Shown piece by piece: positions 1-10,215 of a DNA stretch of 52,914 nt. Both the position numbers and the translations under genes were made by a program. The notes below the pieces were generated by a model that saw only the letters and a list, made by a program, of their open reading frames with translations, did no database searches and was not told where the DNA came from. The DNA comes from Candidatus Peribacteria bacterium RIFCSPLOWO2_12_FULL_55_15 (lineage in GTDB: Bacteria > Patescibacteriota > Gracilibacteria > Peribacterales > Peribacteraceae): assembly GCA_001789045.1 (NCBI GenBank), contig MFYG01000013.1:12016-64929 (forward strand), written 5' to 3'. Each line of letters opens with the position of its first letter. Positions within the stretch are counted from its first letter, which is position 1.

Positions 1-2
1 CA

Positions 3-458
3 GGACTCCTCCTCCTCGTCGTCGGCGGGAAAATTGCCGTGGACGGCGCTGTGAGCATCGCAACGTTCCTCGGCGTTTCCCAGGCTCTCATCGGACTCAC
101 TGTCGTCGCAATCGGCACATCGCTCCCGGAACTCGCAACCTCCGTCGTCGCGGCACGGAAGGGAAAAGCGGACATCGCCATCGGGAACATCGTCGGGAGC
201 AATATCTTCAACATCTTCTGGGTCCTCGGCGTGAGCGCGAGCATCCGCCACCTCACCTTTCGCCCGGAACTCAACATCGACCTCCTCGTCGGTATCCTCG
301 CCACCATCATCCTCTTCATCGTCGTCCACACCGGCGCCCTCCACCGCCGCCTCCTCTTCTGGCAGCAGCGCTCAGGACACATCATTGAACGGAAAGAGGG
401 CTTCCTCATGCTCCTCGTGTACGCCGCGTACCTCGCCTACCTTGTCTGGCGCGGATGA
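3..458 (+). CDS. Ca2+/Na+ antiporter (CaCA/YrbG family), 5'-truncated by the window edge
   Basis: Alpha-repeat motifs GTSLPELATS and GNIVGSNIFN; hydrophobic helices; frame open from position 3. Confidence 0.9.
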   Translation, partial: GLLLLVVGGKIAVDGAVSIATFLGVSQALIGLTVVAIGTSLPELATSVVAARKGKADIAIGNIVGSNIFNIFWVLGVSASIRHLTFRPELNIDLLVGILATIILFIVVHTGALHRRLLFWQQRSGHIIERKEGFLMLLVYAAYLAYLVWRG

Positions 459-475
459 GATACTATACTCATAGT

Positions 476-871
476 ATGTCGACCATCGTCACCACCTGCT
501 TCACACTCTTCCTCTTCCTCGGGAATCTCTGCCCAATGCAACTCCTCGCGTATGCCGCAGAAGCATCGAAGCCAGACAGTCTTACGACCTCCGCAGAGGG
601 ACATCTCGCCTGCACAAGGACGCGTACGTCGCCAATCGCATACGATGTTCCTCAGAGCAATCGTTGCACCTCTGGTCACTGCGTCACGGCGGATCCCGCA
701 GACGCAGTACTGACCGTGATGCGAGGTATAGAACAGCACGTACCCTTCTCTCTCCCTCTCGCTTCCAAAATCTCGGCCCCACTCCACTCCGCTCTTCCCT
801 CGGCCCTCGCTGCCAACTTCCCTATCGGTCCGCCTCTCTCTCACATAGCCACCATCGTCCTCCGCATATAG
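476..871 (+). CDS. Small exported Cys/His-containing protein; possible regulatory leader ORF
   Basis: Signal-peptide-like N-terminus, CTSGHC, C-terminal IGPP; TATACT at 464-469 just upstream of ATG 476. Confidence 0.55.
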   Translation: MSTIVTTCFTLFLFLGNLCPMQLLAYAAEASKPDSLTTSAEGHLACTRTRTSPIAYDVPQSNRCTSGHCVTADPADAVLTVMRGIEQHVPFSLPLASKISAPLHSALPSALAANFPIGPPLSHIATIVLRI

Positions 872-940
872 CCGGATTTTTCCACGAAAGTCTCCCCCTG
901 CCAGACAGGGACTTTTCCCCTATACTTTCACCCTCCGACT

Positions 941-2305
941 ATGCCACAGGAATCCCCACCGACCTGTACCGCAACGCTCCGGATTACCGGGATGCATTGC
1001 CAGAGCTGCGAACTCCTCCTCGAACGCGTCCTGAAGAAGATTCCAGGCATCCTCGCCGCGGATGTGAATCATCGCACCGGTATGGCCACGATCACCGCCA
1101 ACACGAAGAACCTGCCACCAGAGAGCGCCATTGAACATGCTGTCGAGAAAGCGGGCTACCGTCTTTCCACGGAAGGAGAGCGCCGTCCCTGCGGAGAGAC
1201 GCCACAGGAAAAATGGCTCCATATCGCCGCTTCCCTCATTATCATCTTCGCGCTGTACAAGATTGTCCGTACATTCGATCTCGCATCCATCGCCCCCGCG
1301 ACATCGGACGCCGTCTCCCTCGGAGGGGTCCTCCTCATCGGCCTCGTCGCAGGGACGTCGAGCTGCCTCGCCGTCACCGGCGGCCTCCTCCTGAGCGTCG
1401 CCGCAAAGTACAACGAGACTGTCCGGGAACGCACGGCATGGGGAAAATTGCTCCCCATGCTGCACTTCAACATAGGCCGTCTCGCCTCCTACTTCATCCT
1501 CGGAGGACTCGTCGGTCTCCTCGGACAGACCATCACCATCAGCACCCGCATAACGGGGTACCTCAATATCGCCGTTGCCATCGTCATGCTCTGGCTCGCG
1601 CTCCAAATGCTCCACATTATTCCGAAGGGAAGCTGTCCCCTCCGCCCGCCGAAAGCGCTCGCGCGGTGGATTGCCGGTCTTTCCGAGAGCAAGAATCCCC
1701 TCGCCCCGCTCGCCCTCGGCGCCCTCACATTCTTCCTCCCCTGCGGCTTCACGCAATCCCTCCAACTCGTCGCGCTCGCCTCCGGTAGCTTCCTGCAGGG
1801 CGCCCTCACGATGTTCACCTTCGCTCTCGGAACTCTTCCTTCCCTCGTTGGCATCAGCATGCTCTCCGCAACCGCTAAAGGACGCTTCCAAATCCTCTTC
1901 CTCCGCTTCGCAGGGACGCTCGTCTTCGTACTGGCGCTCCTCAACATCTCTAGCGGCCTCACGCTCACGGGATTCACTCTCCCCCGCCTGGCCTCCTTCG
2001 GAGGAACAACAGCCGCCGCAGAATTGCCGGCAATAGTGAATGGTTTCCAGGAAATTACCATGCGCATCGGCCCCGGCTACTACGAGCCGAACCGCCTCAC
2101 GGTGAAAGCGGGCATTCCTGTCCGCTGGACGATTGATGGGACGCAGGCCAGCGGCTGCACAAACGTCCTCGTCGTCCCATCGCTCAACATTACCCAGGTC
2201 ATGAAAACCGGTCCTAATGTCGTTACCTTCACCCCGCCGAACGCAGGCTCCCTCGCCTTCAGCTGTTCCATGGGAATGGTCAGCGGCACCATCACCGTCA
2301 TCTAA
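941..2305 (+). CDS. HMA + DsbD_2/TauE-like membrane domain + cupredoxin-domain protein
   Basis: GMHCQSC; SSCLAVTGG and FFLPCGFTQ membrane motifs; C-terminal FSCSMGM. Confidence 0.85.
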   Translation: MPQESPPTCTATLRITGMHCQSCELLLERVLKKIPGILAADVNHRTGMATITANTKNLPPESAIEHAVEKAGYRLSTEGERRPCGETPQEKWLHIAASLIIIFALYKIVRTFDLASIAPATSDAVSLGGVLLIGLVAGTSSCLAVTGGLLLSVAAKYNETVRERTAWGKLLPMLHFNIGRLASYFILGGLVGLLGQTITISTRITGYLNIAVAIVMLWLALQMLHIIPKGSCPLRPPKALARWIAGLSESKNPLAPLALGALTFFLPCGFTQSLQLVALASGSFLQGALTMFTFALGTLPSLVGISMLSATAKGRFQILFLRFAGTLVFVLALLNISSGLTLTGFTLPRLASFGGTTAAAELPAIVNGFQEITMRIGPGYYEPNRLTVKAGIPVRWTIDGTQASGCTNVLVVPSLNITQVMKTGPNVVTFTPPNAGSLAFSCSMGMVSGTITVI

Positions 2306-2344
2306 CGCCTTTTCAATTCTCAATTTTTTATCCCCCCTCTTTCT

Positions 2345-3139
2345 ATGGCAACCATCAACTGGCAACCGGCGTCTCAAAAGAACGTCCCAAGTTCCTCAGT
2401 CCACACCGTGATGAGCCTGCCTGCCGGCAAGACAGGATCGAATCCATGGTTCGCCGTTTCCCTCGGCCTCATGGGCGTCATCATCGGCTTCGGCATAGGA
2501 AAATGGCGGATCGGTGATTTTCCTCTCCTCGCAGGCGCCCCCCCGGGCCAGGTCGCTCAGGTTCCAGCCCCCACACCTCCACCCCCGCCACCGGCGCCCT
2601 CCGGCCCCGTTCCACCGATTGACCCGAAGGCAGATCACATTCGCGGCGATCTCAAGAAAGCCCAAGTCGCGGTCATCGAGTACTCCGATATGGAATGCCC
2701 CTTCTGTAAACGCGTCCACCCGACCTACCAGCAGATCATGCAGACCTACGATGACAAGGTGGTATGGGTCTACCGACACTTCCCGCTCTCCTTCCACCAG
2801 AACGCGGAACCGGCAGCAATGGCTTCGGAATGCGCAAATGATCTTGGAGGGAATGACGCATTTTGGAAATTCACGGATAAAATCTTCGAGACACAAGGCG
2901 AATGGGCATACGAGAAGTACGCCACAGAACTCGGTCTCGATGCCGCGAAGTTCAAAGACTGCATCGCAAGCGGCAAATTCAAGCAGCATGTCCAAGACGA
3001 CATGAACGAGGGCAGTAACGCAGGCGTGAGCGGCACCCCAGGCAACTTCGTCATGAACCTGAAAACACAGAAGGCACAGGAAGTCTCCGGCGCACAACCA
3101 TTCGAAAGCTTCAAGGCCGCCATCGATGCGGCTTTCTAA
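2345..3139 (+). CDS. Membrane-anchored DsbA-family thioredoxin
   Basis: EYSDMECPFC, YRHFPL, GVSGTP, GAQP; TM helix and Pro-rich linker. Confidence 0.9.
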   Translation: MATINWQPASQKNVPSSSVHTVMSLPAGKTGSNPWFAVSLGLMGVIIGFGIGKWRIGDFPLLAGAPPGQVAQVPAPTPPPPPPAPSGPVPPIDPKADHIRGDLKKAQVAVIEYSDMECPFCKRVHPTYQQIMQTYDDKVVWVYRHFPLSFHQNAEPAAMASECANDLGGNDAFWKFTDKIFETQGEWAYEKYATELGLDAAKFKDCIASGKFKQHVQDDMNEGSNAGVSGTPGNFVMNLKTQKAQEVSGAQPFESFKAAIDAAF

Positions 3140-3164
3140 CCATACTTCTTCCCACTGCGAACAT

Positions 3165-3530
3165 ATGAAACGCCTTTTGTTACTCTCACCGATCCTCATG
3201 CTCTTACTTGCTGCCTGCACCACTGCACCTATTGTGGAACAAGTTGCTCCACAAGGACGGATTATCCCTGTCACCGCGGAACTCTGGAAATTCACGCCGA
3301 ATGTCATTCAAGCCAAACAGGGCGAAGAAGCCGTCCTCCAGATTACCGGCGTCAGCGGAACCCACGGCTTCTCGGTTCCCGACCTCGGAATCAACGCGAC
3401 AATCATCCAGGGACAGACTGTCTCCGTAACGCTCCCGACGGACAGGCCGGGCACCTTCGACTTTCGATGTTCTGTTCCCTGCGGAGCAGGGCACAAGGAT
3501 ATGACGGGACAGATCATCGTGGCACCGTAA
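3165..3530 (+). CDS. Lipoprotein with CuA-type cupredoxin domain (COX2 C-terminal-like)
   Basis: Lipobox LAAC; HGF and CSVPCGAGHKDM CuA ligand pattern. Confidence 0.8.
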   Translation: MKRLLLLSPILMLLLAACTTAPIVEQVAPQGRIIPVTAELWKFTPNVIQAKQGEEAVLQITGVSGTHGFSVPDLGINATIIQGQTVSVTLPTDRPGTFDFRCSVPCGAGHKDMTGQIIVAP

Positions 3531-3540
3531 AAAAATCCTC

Positions 3541-3577
3541 TTGACCCCGGAATGCGGAGGGGGGTAGCATATACCCC
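3541..3577 (+). promoter_or_regulatory. Putative sigma70 promoter overlapped by a CsoR-type G/C-tract operator
   Basis: TTGACC-N18-TAGCAT; inverted repeat GGGGTA-gcata-TACCCC at 3561-3577 directly upstream of csoR. Confidence 0.55.
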
Positions 3578-3598
3578 TACCCCCTTCCCCTTCCACAC

Positions 3599-3874
3599 AT
3601 GCACCACGACGTGAAGAAAAAAACACTGAGCGCCATCGGGCGGCTGGAAGGCCTGACAGCCAGGCTGCGCACGATGGTCGGGGAGGATGCCTACTGCCCG
3701 AAAATCCTCGAGATCGCCCTCGCCATGCAGGGGCAACTGAAATACATCCACGGCACCGTCCTGGAAAACCACCTGCGCACCTGCGCCGTGAAGAAGCTCA
3801 CATCCAAATCCGGAACGGAACGGGACAGGTGTATTGCGGAGCTCCTCGCAATCATCGGCCTCTCCACCCGCTAA
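3599..3874 (+). CDS. csoR: CsoR/RcnR-family metal-sensing repressor
   Basis: RLEG..YC...LENHLRTC (Cys-His-Cys) pattern; lies before copZ/copA. Confidence 0.85.
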   Translation: MHHDVKKKTLSAIGRLEGLTARLRTMVGEDAYCPKILEIALAMQGQLKYIHGTVLENHLRTCAVKKLTSKSGTERDRCIAELLAIIGLSTR

Positions 3875-3888
3875 CCCCTGTTACCCCT

Positions 3889-4110
3889 ATGCAAACAGTC
3901 GTTTCCATTCCCGGCATACACTGCCCCTCGTGCGTCGCGATGATCCGCGAAATCAGCGGCGAATTTTCTGAAATCCAGACTGTCGACGTCGATATGGCGA
4001 CGAAGACCGTCACGCTCACCCACACCAACACCCTCGATATTCAACAGTGGAAACGGGAAATCGAATCCCTCGGCGAGAACTATAAAATGGCCTCCTCCGT
4101 GTCACCCTGA
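3889..4110 (+). CDS. copZ: HMA copper chaperone (CopZ-like)
   Basis: GIHCPSC; ~73 aa; lies between csoR and copA. Confidence 0.8.
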   Translation: MQTVVSIPGIHCPSCVAMIREISGEFSEIQTVDVDMATKTVTLTHTNTLDIQQWKREIESLGENYKMASSVSP

Positions 4111-4129
4111 CAACCATCTCCTCTCCCTT

Positions 4130-7100
4130 ATGTCATCCTCCCGTACCACCCTCGCCATCACCGGCATGCACTGCTCCTCATGCGCCGCCCTCATCACCCG
4201 CAAACTCAAGAAAACCCCCGGCGTCGAGGACGCCAACGTGAACTTCGCGGCGGCCAAGGCGCACGTGCGCTTCGATCCGCAACAGACCAAAGAACAGGAC
4301 ATGATTGCCGCGGTGGCATCCGCGGGATACGGCGCTCTCATTGCCGATGAGCGCGATCGCGACGCCGACCGCAGGCGCAGGGCAGAGGAAATCGCAACCT
4401 ACCGCTGGAAATTCTGGACGGGGCTCGTCTTGAGTCTCCCGATGCTCGCGTTCATGGTCATGGCGTTCTTCCCGCATAACGCCATGCACCAGGCCCTTCT
4501 TCCATATATGGGAATTCTCTCGCTACTTCTTGCGACACCTGTGCAATTTTGGCTCGGTTACGGCTTCTATCGCGGCATGTGGTCGAGCCTGAAGATGGGA
4601 ACATTCACCATGGACAGCCTCATCGCCATCGGCACGTCGACGGCCTACGCCTACAGCATCTACGGATTCGCCGACCATGTGCTCTCCGAGGGGACGCTGC
4701 TCGGAGAAGTCCACAACCTATACTTCGAGGTCGCCGCGCTCCTCATCACGTTCGTGCTGCTGGGCAAATGGCTCGAAGCGCGCGCGAAGGGCAGCACGAG
4801 CGAAGCGATTCAGAAGCTCATGGGATTACAGGCAAAAACGGCGCGGGTGCTGCGGAATGGAGAAACCATCGATATTCCCATCGAGGACGTGCAGGTGGGA
4901 GATACTGTCATTGTCCGGCCCGGCGAGAAAATCCCGGTGGACGGTACGATTCTCAAGGGATTGTCCGCCGTTGACGAATCCATGCTCACAGGCGAGAGCA
5001 TCCCCGTGGAGAAGAAGGAGGGGGACCGAATCTTCGGCGCGACCATGAACAAGAACGGCTCCTTCGAATTCCGCGCGGAGAAAGTCGGCGCAGAAACCGC
5101 CCTCGCGCAGATCATCCGGTTTGTCGAAGATGCCCAAGGGAGCAAGGCGCCGATACAGGCATTTGCCGATTGGGTGTCCTCGTGGTTCGTCCCCGCCGTG
5201 ATCGGCATAGCTCTCCTCACGCTCGCGACGTGGATCGTCCTCGGAGCGACGCTCACGTTCGCTCTTCTCGCCTTCGTCTCCGTGATCGTCATCGCTTGCC
5301 CATGTGCTCTCGGCCTCGCGACACCAACGAGCATCATGGTCGCGACGGGCAAAGGAGCGGAACTCGGCATTCTCATCCGTGGCGGGGAACCGCTCGAAGC
5401 GGCCAAAAAGATCGATACCATTATCTTTGATAAGACCGGAACATTAAGCAAAGGCAAGCCGGAGGTGACGGATGTCATGAGCATCTCCGAAATATCTTCG
5501 ATGGAAGAAGTTCTAAGGATTGCAGCATCATTGGAACAGGGATCAGAACACCCGCTTGCGGAAAGCATCGTAACGTACGCGCAGAACAAGGGTGTCACGC
5601 TGAGCGTAGTCGAAGCGTTCAAAGCCATCCCCGGCCACGGCGTGGAGGGGGAACTTGGTGGGAAGATGTATTTTCTCGGGAACCGAAAACTTATGGAGAA
5701 GATAGCAGTGTCTTCTTTGGAAGCCGAAGAGAAACTACAAGCGCTTGAAGAGGAAGGAAAGACGGCCATGCTGCTAGCGGATGAGAAACATGTTCTCGGC
5801 ATCATCGCTGTAGCAGATACCCTCAAGGAGACCTCGAAAGAAGCCGTCGATCAGCTCAAATGGATGGGAATCGAGGTCTACATGATCACCGGTGATAACA
5901 AGCGGACTGCTAACGCGCTCGCGCGGATTACGGGCATCGAGCGCGTGCTCGCGGAAGTGCTTCCCGAAGACAAGGCAAAAGAAGTGGAGAAATTACAGGC
6001 GGACGGCAAGCGGGTCGCCATGGTCGGCGACGGGATCAACGACAGCCCGGCGCTCGCGCAGGCCGACCTGGGCATTGCCATGGGCAGCGGCACGGATATT
6101 GCAATGGAAACAGGCGGCATTATCCTCGTCAAGAACGACCTGCGGGATGTCGTGACGGCCATCACACTCAGCCGGAAAACAGTCGGGAAAATCAGACAGA
6201 ACATGTTCTTCGCACTCTTCTACAATATCGCGGGTATCCCCATCGCCGCCGGCGCGCTCTCCTCTCTTGGTCTCACTCTCCGTCCGGAACTCGCGGGGCT
6301 CGCGATGGCGCTGAGTTCGGTCTCCGTCGTCACAAACTCGCTCCTCCTCAAAGGCTTCCGCCCCTCCCGCCGCAACTGGCTCTCGGACAGCGCTCCGGTC
6401 TTTATGACCGTCGGCTTCACCGCTCTCTTCCTCCTCTTCGCAAACATCAGCAGCGCCACCGCCGGCGAGAGCACTCTCTTCCAACGAGGACCGTTTCCGG
6501 AAATCAGTCGACCCGCAAACGACCTCTCCACTCCCATCGCGCGCAACAACGACGGCCTTGCGGTGATCACACTCGAAACGCGCGAGGTGGTCGCAGAACT
6601 CGCTCCGGGCACTACGTACGAGTACTGGACATACAACGGCACGGTTCCCGGTCCTTTTCTTCGCGTGCGCGAAGGGGAATCCGTGGAAATCCGCCTGACC
6701 CATCCTGAGGACGAAGACGAAGATACACAGAAACACGAAGTAGCGGGACACGAGAAGCACTCCATCGATCTCCACGCCGTCACAGGGCCTGGTGGAGGCG
6801 CGGCTCTCACGCAAGTGAAGGATGGCGAAACGAAAATTTTCCGCTTCAAAGCGGACCGTCCCGGCATCTACGTCTATCACTGCGCGAGCCCGCACGTGCC
6901 GACGCATATCGCCAACGGCATGTACGGCCTCATCGTCGTGGAACCCGCGAAGAAGCTCCAACCCGTTGATCACGAATTCTACGTCATGCAGGGTGAACTC
7001 TACACACATGGCGTGCTCGGCCGAACCGGCTTCCAGAGTTTCAGTAAGAGGAAAATGCTGAAGGAGGCGCCGGAGTATTTTGTCTTCAACGGACGCGTCG

Positions 7101-7447
7101 GCGCACTGCGCGGAAGCGGTGCGCTGAAAGCGAACGTGGGAGAGCGCATCAGGCTCTACGTCGGCGTCGGCGGCTTCGTGCCATCGAACTTCCACGTGAT
7201 CGGCGCAGTGTTCGACAAGGTCTACCCGGAAGGCGACCTCCTCTCGCCGCCGCACCGGAACATCCAGACCACCACGATTCCCGCAGGCGGAGCCGTCGTC
7301 GTGGAATTCACAGTGGACGTTCCCGGCACGTACCTTCTCGTCGATCACAGCCTCACGCGCTCCATCGATAAGGGAGCGCTTGGAGAAATCATCGTCGAGG
7401 GGCCAGGCAATCCGCAAATCTTCTCCGCCGTGAATCCCGATCTCTAA
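4130..7447 (+). CDS. copA: Cu(I) P1B-ATPase (CopA) fused to a C-terminal copper-containing nitrite reductase (NirK) domain
   Basis: CSSC, TGES, CPC, DKTGT, SEHP, GDGIND, YN, MALSS; then [39 protein letters not shown] from ~6550; one uninterrupted frame. Confidence 0.9.
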   Translation: MSSSRTTLAITGMHCSSCAALITRKLKKTPGVEDANVNFAAAKAHVRFDPQQTKEQDMIAAVASAGYGALIADERDRDADRRRRAEEIATYRWKFWTGLVLSLPMLAFMVMAFFPHNAMHQALLPYMGILSLLLATPVQFWLGYGFYRGMWSSLKMGTFTMDSLIAIGTSTAYAYSIYGFADHVLSEGTLLGEVHNLYFEVAALLITFVLLGKWLEARAKGSTSEAIQKLMGLQAKTARVLRNGETIDIPIEDVQVGDTVIVRPGEKIPVDGTILKGLSAVDESMLTGESIPVEKKEGDRIFGATMNKNGSFEFRAEKVGAETALAQIIRFVEDAQGSKAPIQAFADWVSSWFVPAVIGIALLTLATWIVLGATLTFALLAFVSVIVIACPCALGLATPTSIMVATGKGAELGILIRGGEPLEAAKKIDTIIFDKTGTLSKGKPEVTDVMSISEISSMEEVLRIAASLEQGSEHPLAESIVTYAQNKGVTLSVVEAFKAIPGHGVEGELGGKMYFLGNRKLMEKIAVSSLEAEEKLQALEEEGKTAMLLADEKHVLGIIAVADTLKETSKEAVDQLKWMGIEVYMITGDNKRTANALARITGIERVLAEVLPEDKAKEVEKLQADGKRVAMVGDGINDSPALAQADLGIAMGSGTDIAMETGGIILVKNDLRDVVTAITLSRKTVGKIRQNMFFALFYNIAGIPIAAGALSSLGLTLRPELAGLAMALSSVSVVTNSLLLKGFRPSRRNWLSDSAPVFMTVGFTALFLLFANISSATAGESTLFQRGPFPEISRPANDLSTPIARNNDGLAVITLETREVVAELAPGTTYEYWTYNGTVPGPFLRVREGESVEIRLTHPEDEDEDTQKHEVAGHEKHSIDLHAVTGPGGGAALTQVKDGETKIFRFKADRPGIYVYHCASPHVPTHIANGMYGLIVVEPAKKLQPVDHEFYVMQGELYTHGVLGRTGFQSFSKRKMLKEAPEYFVFNGRVGALRGSGALKANVGERIRLYVGVGGFVPSNFHVIGAVFDKVYPEGDLLSPPHRNIQTTTIPAGGAVVVEFTVDVPGTYLLVDHSLTRSIDKGALGEIIVEGPGNPQIFSAVNPDL

Positions 7448-7465
7448 TTTTCCCCCCTTTCCTTC

Positions 7466-7666
7466 ATGTGGTGCTGCTCACGCAAAATATTGTTCATTCT
7501 CCTCGTTGTCGCAGGCATCCTCGGGCTCCTCATTGCAACAGGAACAGTGAATGCCTATGCGATTCTTCCGTTCCTTCCGTTCCTCGCCTGCCCGCTCATG
7601 TGTGTCGTCATGATGATGTTCGGACGGAAATGTGATGATAAAAGTTGCGACAAAAAATCTCTTTAA
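7466..7666 (+). CDS. Small membrane protein (DUF2933-like)
   Basis: Two TM helices and LACPLM motif typical of small proteins in cop operons. Confidence 0.6.
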   Translation: MWCCSRKILFILLVVAGILGLLIATGTVNAYAILPFLPFLACPLMCVVMMMFGRKCDDKSCDKKSL

Positions 7667-7683
7667 CTCTTTCCTTGTTTCCT

Positions 7684-8553
7684 ATGACAATGCGACACGT
7701 CACCATAGGCATTCTTCTCCCTCTCCTCCTCACAGCGTGTGCTGGTGGGAATCCCATTGCCTCGCTCAAAGCAAGCCACGTCCACGGTCTTGCAGTGGAT
7801 CGGAACGATAGTAATCGCGTGTACATCGCCACCCATGAAGGTCTCTTGGCAGTGCAGAACGACACCGACCTACAGCGCGTAGGCGGCAGCCGCGACGATT
7901 TCATGGGTTTCTCTCCCCATCCGACCGATCCAAACACTCTCTTCTCCAGTGGCCACCCAAAAGGTGGAGGAAATATCGGGTTCCAGAAATCGATCAATGC
8001 GGGGAAGACCTGGGAAAAAATCAGCAACGGCAATCCCAGTGGCCCCGCGGACTTCCACGCAATGCTCGTACATCCGTCGAATCCCGATCACATCTACGGC
8101 TGGTACCGTCTCCGCATCCACCGCTCGCTCGACGGCGGAAAAACATGGAAAATTCTCACAAAACAGCCACCAGAAGTGCTGAGTTTCGCTGGTGATTCGC
8201 AGAACGAGAACATTGTCTATATCGGCACCATCGGCAATCTCATCATGAGTACCGATAAAGGGGAATCCTGGACAAGCATGACGGACACCATCGGTTACGA
8301 TGTCGTGTTCGATATTGAGACTGACCAAAACGGCACACTCTACATTGCAACGAGAGACAATGGTATACAGCGCGTCGTCAGAAATCCGAAAGGCGGGTAC
8401 ACGCTCGAGACCATCGGGAAACTTCCGGACGGCGATGTGCCGCAGCATCTCGCGTTCGATCCGAAGAATGCAGAAGTGCTGTACGCATTCGGAAAATCCA
8501 ACACGCTCTACAAGTCTGTAGATAGAGGCAAGAATTGGCAAAAGGTGCTCTGA
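7684..8553 (+). CDS. BNR/Asp-box beta-propeller lipoprotein
   Basis: Lipobox LTAC; repeated SxDxGxTW boxes; HVHGL, ATHEGL, DFMGF, DFHAM. Confidence 0.8.
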   Translation: MTMRHVTIGILLPLLLTACAGGNPIASLKASHVHGLAVDRNDSNRVYIATHEGLLAVQNDTDLQRVGGSRDDFMGFSPHPTDPNTLFSSGHPKGGGNIGFQKSINAGKTWEKISNGNPSGPADFHAMLVHPSNPDHIYGWYRLRIHRSLDGGKTWKILTKQPPEVLSFAGDSQNENIVYIGTIGNLIMSTDKGESWTSMTDTIGYDVVFDIETDQNGTLYIATRDNGIQRVVRNPKGGYTLETIGKLPDGDVPQHLAFDPKNAEVLYAFGKSNTLYKSVDRGKNWQKVL

Positions 8554-8557
8554 GCGT

Positions 8558-9019
8558 ATGCCGACCTTCTCCCAAAATCGGGCTTTCCAACTGGTAACTT
8601 TCTTCCTAAGCAGCGCGCTCATGCATCTTCTCTGGGAAAACGCACAGGCGCCGCTCTATGCAGGGTATGAATCTTTTGGACAGCACTTCTGGATCTGTTT
8701 CAAAGCGACAGGAGGAGACCTCCTCTTCATGTTCGTGATATACGTAGTACTTGCGGTCATGCATCAGGATCTGTTTTGGATCGCGAACCGAGCTGTTTAC
8801 GCGCATTCGGCGACGTGGATCATCGCCGTATTCATCGGAATGCTCCTCGCGGTAAGCTTTGAACTCTGGGCTATCCACGTTGACCACCGATGGGCATACG
8901 CTGGAATGCCGATCATCCCTCTCCTTAAGATCGGCCTCACCCCTATCCTCCAGATGCTCATCATCCCTCCGCTCACGCTCCTCATCACCAAAAACTTCTC
9001 CCACCGGAAACAACCATGA
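8558..9019 (+). CDS. Hypothetical membrane protein
   Basis: Four hydrophobic segments, WENAQAPLY motif; translationally coupled to ackA. Confidence 0.7.
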   Translation: MPTFSQNRAFQLVTFFLSSALMHLLWENAQAPLYAGYESFGQHFWICFKATGGDLLFMFVIYVVLAVMHQDLFWIANRAVYAHSATWIIAVFIGMLLAVSFELWAIHVDHRWAYAGMPIIPLLKIGLTPILQMLIIPPLTLLITKNFSHRKQP

Positions 9020-10215
9020 TAGTTCAGTCTCCTTCTCTTCTAATCCTTAACAGCGGCTCCTCCAGCATCAAGTTCGCGCTCTTCGCGCAAACTATGCCGC
9101 TGAAGCGCTTACTATCGGGCAACGTCGAACGCATCGGTTCCACGCAGGCGCTACTGCATCGTACCGACCATCGCAACGAGAGAACCGAGCAGCACCACCT
9201 TGAAGCGCATGACCATGTTTCGGCGCTTCGGCAAATCATCACATCCATCCGGGATTCGACAGGACCCATTGTAGCCACAGGGCATCGCATTGTTCTCGGG
9301 GGCACGTACAAGGATCCTCAGCTGCTCAACGAATCAGTCATACGAGAACTGGAGACATTGGCTCTTATCGCGCCGGAACACATGCTAAATGAGCTTGCAG
9401 TCGTTCGCGTCACAGCAGAAGCGCTCCCTTCCGTCCCGCAACTCGCCTGTTTTGACACTGCCTTCCACGCTGACCTCCCGCATGTTGCCCGTCTCGTGCC
9501 ACTGCCGCACGCTCTCACTGATCGCCTCGGAATCCGGCGCTACGGTTTCCATGGACTCTCGTACACATTCCTCCTGGAAGAATTGAAGAACATTGCCGGA
9601 GAGCGCGCGGCCAACGGAAGACTGATCTTGCTCCACCTCGGCAACGGCGCGAGCATGGCCGCCGTTTCGGGAGGCGTTTGCAAGGACACGACAATGGGAT
9701 TCACGCCAACGGGAGGACTCATGATGAGCACACGCTTGGGCGACCTGGACCCGGGAATCCTCTGGCACCTGATGAAGTCCGGTTACGCCTCCCCAGATGC
9801 CATCCATCATCTCATCAACCGTGAATCGGGCCTCCTCGGCGTCTCTGGAAAAAGCTCGGACATGCGTGATCTCCTCGCCGCAGAGAAGAGCAATCCACGA
9901 GCAGCCGACGCTGTTCGGCTTTTCTGCTACAGCGCAAAAAAATTTCTGGGAGCTCTGACAGCTGCAATTGGCGGCGTCGACACGGTGATCTTCACAGGTG
10001 GCATCGGCGGGAATGCGCCGGAAATTCGGACGCGCATCTGCGATGGCCTGGAGCATCTTGGTATCGCTCTCCATGCGGAACATAATGCGGAGAACCAAGG
10101 TGTGATCTCCTCAGACAAGAGTACCGTGACAGTACGCGTGATGCGCACTGATGAGGAACTGATGATCGCGCGAGCAGTCGCCCGTCACATGAAGTCTTCC
10201 AACAATCACGCATGA
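9016..10215 (+). CDS. ackA: Acetate kinase
   Basis: [52 protein letters not shown]. Confidence 0.95.
   Translation: MIVQSPSLLILNSGSSSIKFALFAQTMPLKRLLSGNVERIGSTQALLHRTDHRNERTEQHHLEAHDHVSALRQIITSIRDSTGPIVATGHRIVLGGTYKDPQLLNESVIRELETLALIAPEHMLNELAVVRVTAEALPSVPQLACFDTAFHADLPHVARLVPLPHALTDRLGIRRYGFHGLSYTFLLEELKNIAGERAANGRLILLHLGNGASMAAVSGGVCKDTTMGFTPTGGLMMSTRLGDLDPGILWHLMKSGYASPDAIHHLINRESGLLGVSGKSSDMRDLLAAEKSNPRAADAVRLFCYSAKKFLGALTAAIGGVDTVIFTGGIGGNAPEIRTRICDGLEHLGIALHAEHNAENQGVISSDKSTVTVRVMRTDEELMIARAVARHMKSSNNHA

Noticed and set aside
920-7417. Long antisense ORFs (920-2377, 2396-3307, 5993-7417)
   Set aside because: Shadow frames of GC-rich genes with clear motifs on the + strand.
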